Below, in pieces: positions 60,001-61,117 of a stretch of 61,117 nt of DNA. The translations under genes were made by a program, and so were the position numbers. The stretch lies in the IMG/VR virus record IMGVR_UViG_3300042465_003982, positions 1 through 61,117 of that record, one strand, 5' to 3'. Under the pieces are notes generated by a model. That model did not search any database, had not been told where the DNA came from, and saw only the letters and a program-made list of their open reading frames with translations. Each line of letters begins with the position of its first letter. Positions within the stretch are counted from its first letter, which is position 1. Source of the DNA: a virus (Duplodnaviria; Caudoviricetes).

Positions 60001-60188
60001 CATCTGGATCAGCAAGAGTTTTCATTCTTTTAAGAGGATCTATAGAAACTGTTTCTTCTGTAACTATTACTCCTCAAGTAGCTTTTAGCGCAAACCCAGG
60101 CGGTACAAATCAAATTCAAGATGGATCGTGGATTAAATTCACTCCAGTTGGAACAAACACAATGACATTTGTTGGTCCGTGGTCGTAA
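57096..60188 (+). CDS. fibre/spike protein: collagen-like stalk, C1q/BclA-C-like domain, ~14-aa beta-roll repeats
   Basis: (GAT)n; [16 protein letters not shown]...DYVELMW; repeated N(T/I)A(I/V)G..(A/S)L. Confidence 0.8.
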   Translation: MPISFPSNPSVGAIYDFGGIHYIYNGDGWVNKSIYGISAGSGISFANYNGTGPVVISVVGGSVGATGATGATGATGATGATGATGATGATGATGSTGATGADGATGAGGALGYWGSFWSTQDQQAASTTVAYPITYNNTDPNSNGVSIVSNSRITFTYPGVYNIEFSAQADRVSASGTDTIDIWFRKNGTDIADSNTIVTVSGSAAAAKTVAAWNYMLQVNANDYVELMWRTSDTRLEFIADPAGTSPTRPAIPSVILSAHQVMYTQLGPTGPTGPMPTDYVSSFNGKTGAVQGVSSINGNTGAITNVAFTNTAQSFSGLQQFTQGISGSGGVTFNSDVNINDNNSLVVATIINAGGKTQLDIDNRASSRVAIGDYDGGGNSTHIFLRDSVSNLQISNPYGEIAIGDPNGIDAGNIISYSSPDATLYGNNSNIDGFANIFASYVSASQGISASGGVTFSGNISVNTASLGRTGTNNLIFGVNAGKAITTGSSNTIIGDDSGELISSGTNNTSLGYEALTALTTGIANTAVGLWALRNGTTGSNNTAIGSRALRSNTTGNDNTAIGFYALELNQTGSANIAIGAFALSEGATSAANNIAIGYASLLKNTTGSQNVAIGRDAVRNNTTASDNVGIGYQSLYSATSGGANTGVGTNTGYRLTTGTNNTAVGYQALFGSASVTSQANTAVGYNSMVSNTSGSYNSGIGLGSLYSLTSGQQNTAVGTESLYAITTTSNNTAVGQLALRYATQGSNNTAIGILAGAYKTASNTNLTAIGNDNVYIGTEARASGDSINNEIVIGSKALGLGANTAVIGATAQASATIYGTLNLPGGKIALGITGINGTSTPGCLEFDGNVLYAGTTGGRGVIEAPHISYATSAVSLSGVTTYQNIFSTPADVITLAANTSYIVEGNIIVQSGTTTHTTAIQLTGGVAATPPTFRLHILSTAAAVGTVARAQDTVYFETSGGVINATSGSARVFILLRGSIETVSSVTITPQVAFSANPGGTNQIQDGSWIKFTPVGTNTMTFVGPWS
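57285..57419 (+). repeat. collagen-like G-A-T triplet repeat (15 triplets)
   Basis: 9-bp GGN-GCN-ACN units, in frame. Confidence 0.95.
58515..59500 (+). repeat. ~14-aa NTAxG beta-roll repeats
   Basis: NTAVG, NTAIG, NIAIG, NVAIG recur about every 14 residues. Confidence 0.8.
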
Positions 60189-60200
60189 TAGGAGAATAAT

Positions 60201-60500
60201 ATGGGATTAGAAAAAACAAAAATTAATGATCAGGGTATTTCTGTTTCTTATTGGCACATTGATTATGTTACAGTAGGACATAGACAAAAAAGAGTTACTA
60301 TTTGTTTATTAGGTTATATTGATAAAACAAAAAGAGATCAAGGTCTAAATCCAATTTTAGCAGAGGTATATCACATTTGGCCTGATGCTTATGATACAGC
60401 ATTTGGTCCAGCAGTTTTGGATGCAGAAGGAAATCCAACCCACGCTGCATATCAGTGGATAAAGGCAAATACAGAATTTTCTGACGCTGTAGATGCTTGA
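60201..60500 (+). CDS. small fibre-associated protein
   Basis: AGGAG RBS; Y..I..V, AY.W.K...EF..A.D pattern typical of ORFs after fibre genes. Confidence 0.55.
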   Translation: MGLEKTKINDQGISVSYWHIDYVTVGHRQKRVTICLLGYIDKTKRDQGLNPILAEVYHIWPDAYDTAFGPAVLDAEGNPTHAAYQWIKANTEFSDAVDA

Positions 60501-60524
60501 CATTCCTAGTTTTTAGTGTATTAT
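60497..60524 (+). promoter_or_regulatory. sigma70-type promoter, leaderless dUTPase
   Basis: TTGACA-N16-TATTAT, ATG 6 nt downstream (60531). Confidence 0.65.
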
Positions 60525-60530
60525 TTGATT

Positions 60531-61037
60531 ATGCAATCAATAGGAATTTATAAACTACATCCAACCGCACAAGATCCCTCACTACAGACCGAAAACTCGG
60601 CCTGTGTTGATGTTTATGCTTATCTTAAGAATAGTACAATCGTAACTTACGATAGGTATAACAATAAGAGTACAACTACTACGGATGAAAATACGGTAGG
60701 TATTCGTATTGGACCTAAAGAAAGAATCCTGATTCCAACAGGAATCATCTTCGATATTCCTGAGCACTATTCTCTGAGAATGCACCCACGATCTGGTCTT
60801 TCAATCAAGAAGGGATTGATTCTAGCCAACTGCGAAGGTGTCATTGATTCTGATTATGTGGAAGAACTAATGATTCCGGTAGTAAATACCAGTGATATTT
60901 CTTACGAAATTTCTCATGGAGAAAGAATCGCGCAGATGGAACTCGTAAGAAAGGAACACTTTCTTTACCTCCATCTGACAGAAAGACCACAACAGAAAAC
61001 AGATAGAAGCGGTGGCTTCGGGAGTACTGGAGTATGA
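60531..61037 (+). CDS. dut: trimeric dUTPase
   Basis: SACVD, IPTG, PRSGLS, GVIDSDY, RIAQ, R.GGFGSTG. Confidence 0.95.
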   Translation: MQSIGIYKLHPTAQDPSLQTENSACVDVYAYLKNSTIVTYDRYNNKSTTTTDENTVGIRIGPKERILIPTGIIFDIPEHYSLRMHPRSGLSIKKGLILANCEGVIDSDYVEELMIPVVNTSDISYEISHGERIAQMELVRKEHFLYLHLTERPQQKTDRSGGFGSTGV

Positions 61038-61117
61038 ACAGAGAAGAACTATTTAAGCACCATGAAGAGCTTTCAAAGATTGCTCTTGATATCATGAAGA
61101 AGAAAAATCATGATTAC
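61034..61117 (+). CDS. partial ORF, possibly DUF1599/nucleotide-modification-associated family
   Basis: MNREELF...IMKKKNHDY; truncated by window end. Confidence 0.4.
   Translation, partial: MNREELFKHHEELSKIALDIMKKKNHDY

Noticed and set aside
169-61095. Numerous 60-150-aa ORFs antisense to or nested within confident genes (e.g. 26801-27253, 38119-38508, 55355-55723, 58436-58780)
   Set aside because: No RBS or motifs; they are shadows of well-supported genes
1-61117. Alternative genetic code
   Set aside because: Conserved genes are full length under the standard code; TAA and TGA are common stops and TAG ends ORF 47667-48338

Overview
A 61-kb segment of a large T4-like myophage genome, read with the standard genetic code. 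It has no CRISPR array, integrase or recognisable mobile element. Gene order: deaminase-like gene and small genes, a structured RNA plus tRNA-Ile(UAU), late virion genes and a nucleotidyltransferase, gp33/gp32, a divergent baseplate block (gp26/51/54/4/48/53/hub/25/6/7/8), neck, terminase, two sheaths, two tubes, portal, protease, scaffold and capsid (gp13-gp23), gp3, uvsY/uvsW, gp55, gp47/46, gp45/44/62, regA, a ~12.7-kb glycosyltransferase and nucleotide-sugar island, a collagen-like fibre, and dUTPase. The most notable candidate system is phage-encoded virion glycosylation: a TPR-GT2 initiator, GT25/GT11/GT10/GT7/GT6/GT2/GT4-like elongators and a dTDP-amino-sugar pathway, together with a G-x-T motif enriched across many structural proteins. 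Other notable points are duplicated sheath and tube genes, a likely -1 frameshift from gp26 to gp51, no gp5 or long tape measure in their usual positions, a four-hairpin RNA, promoters with 16-bp spacers feeding leaderless mRNAs, and an antisense promoter back-to-back with the gp55 promoter. All family calls come from motif recognition and synteny by eye; no database searches were run.
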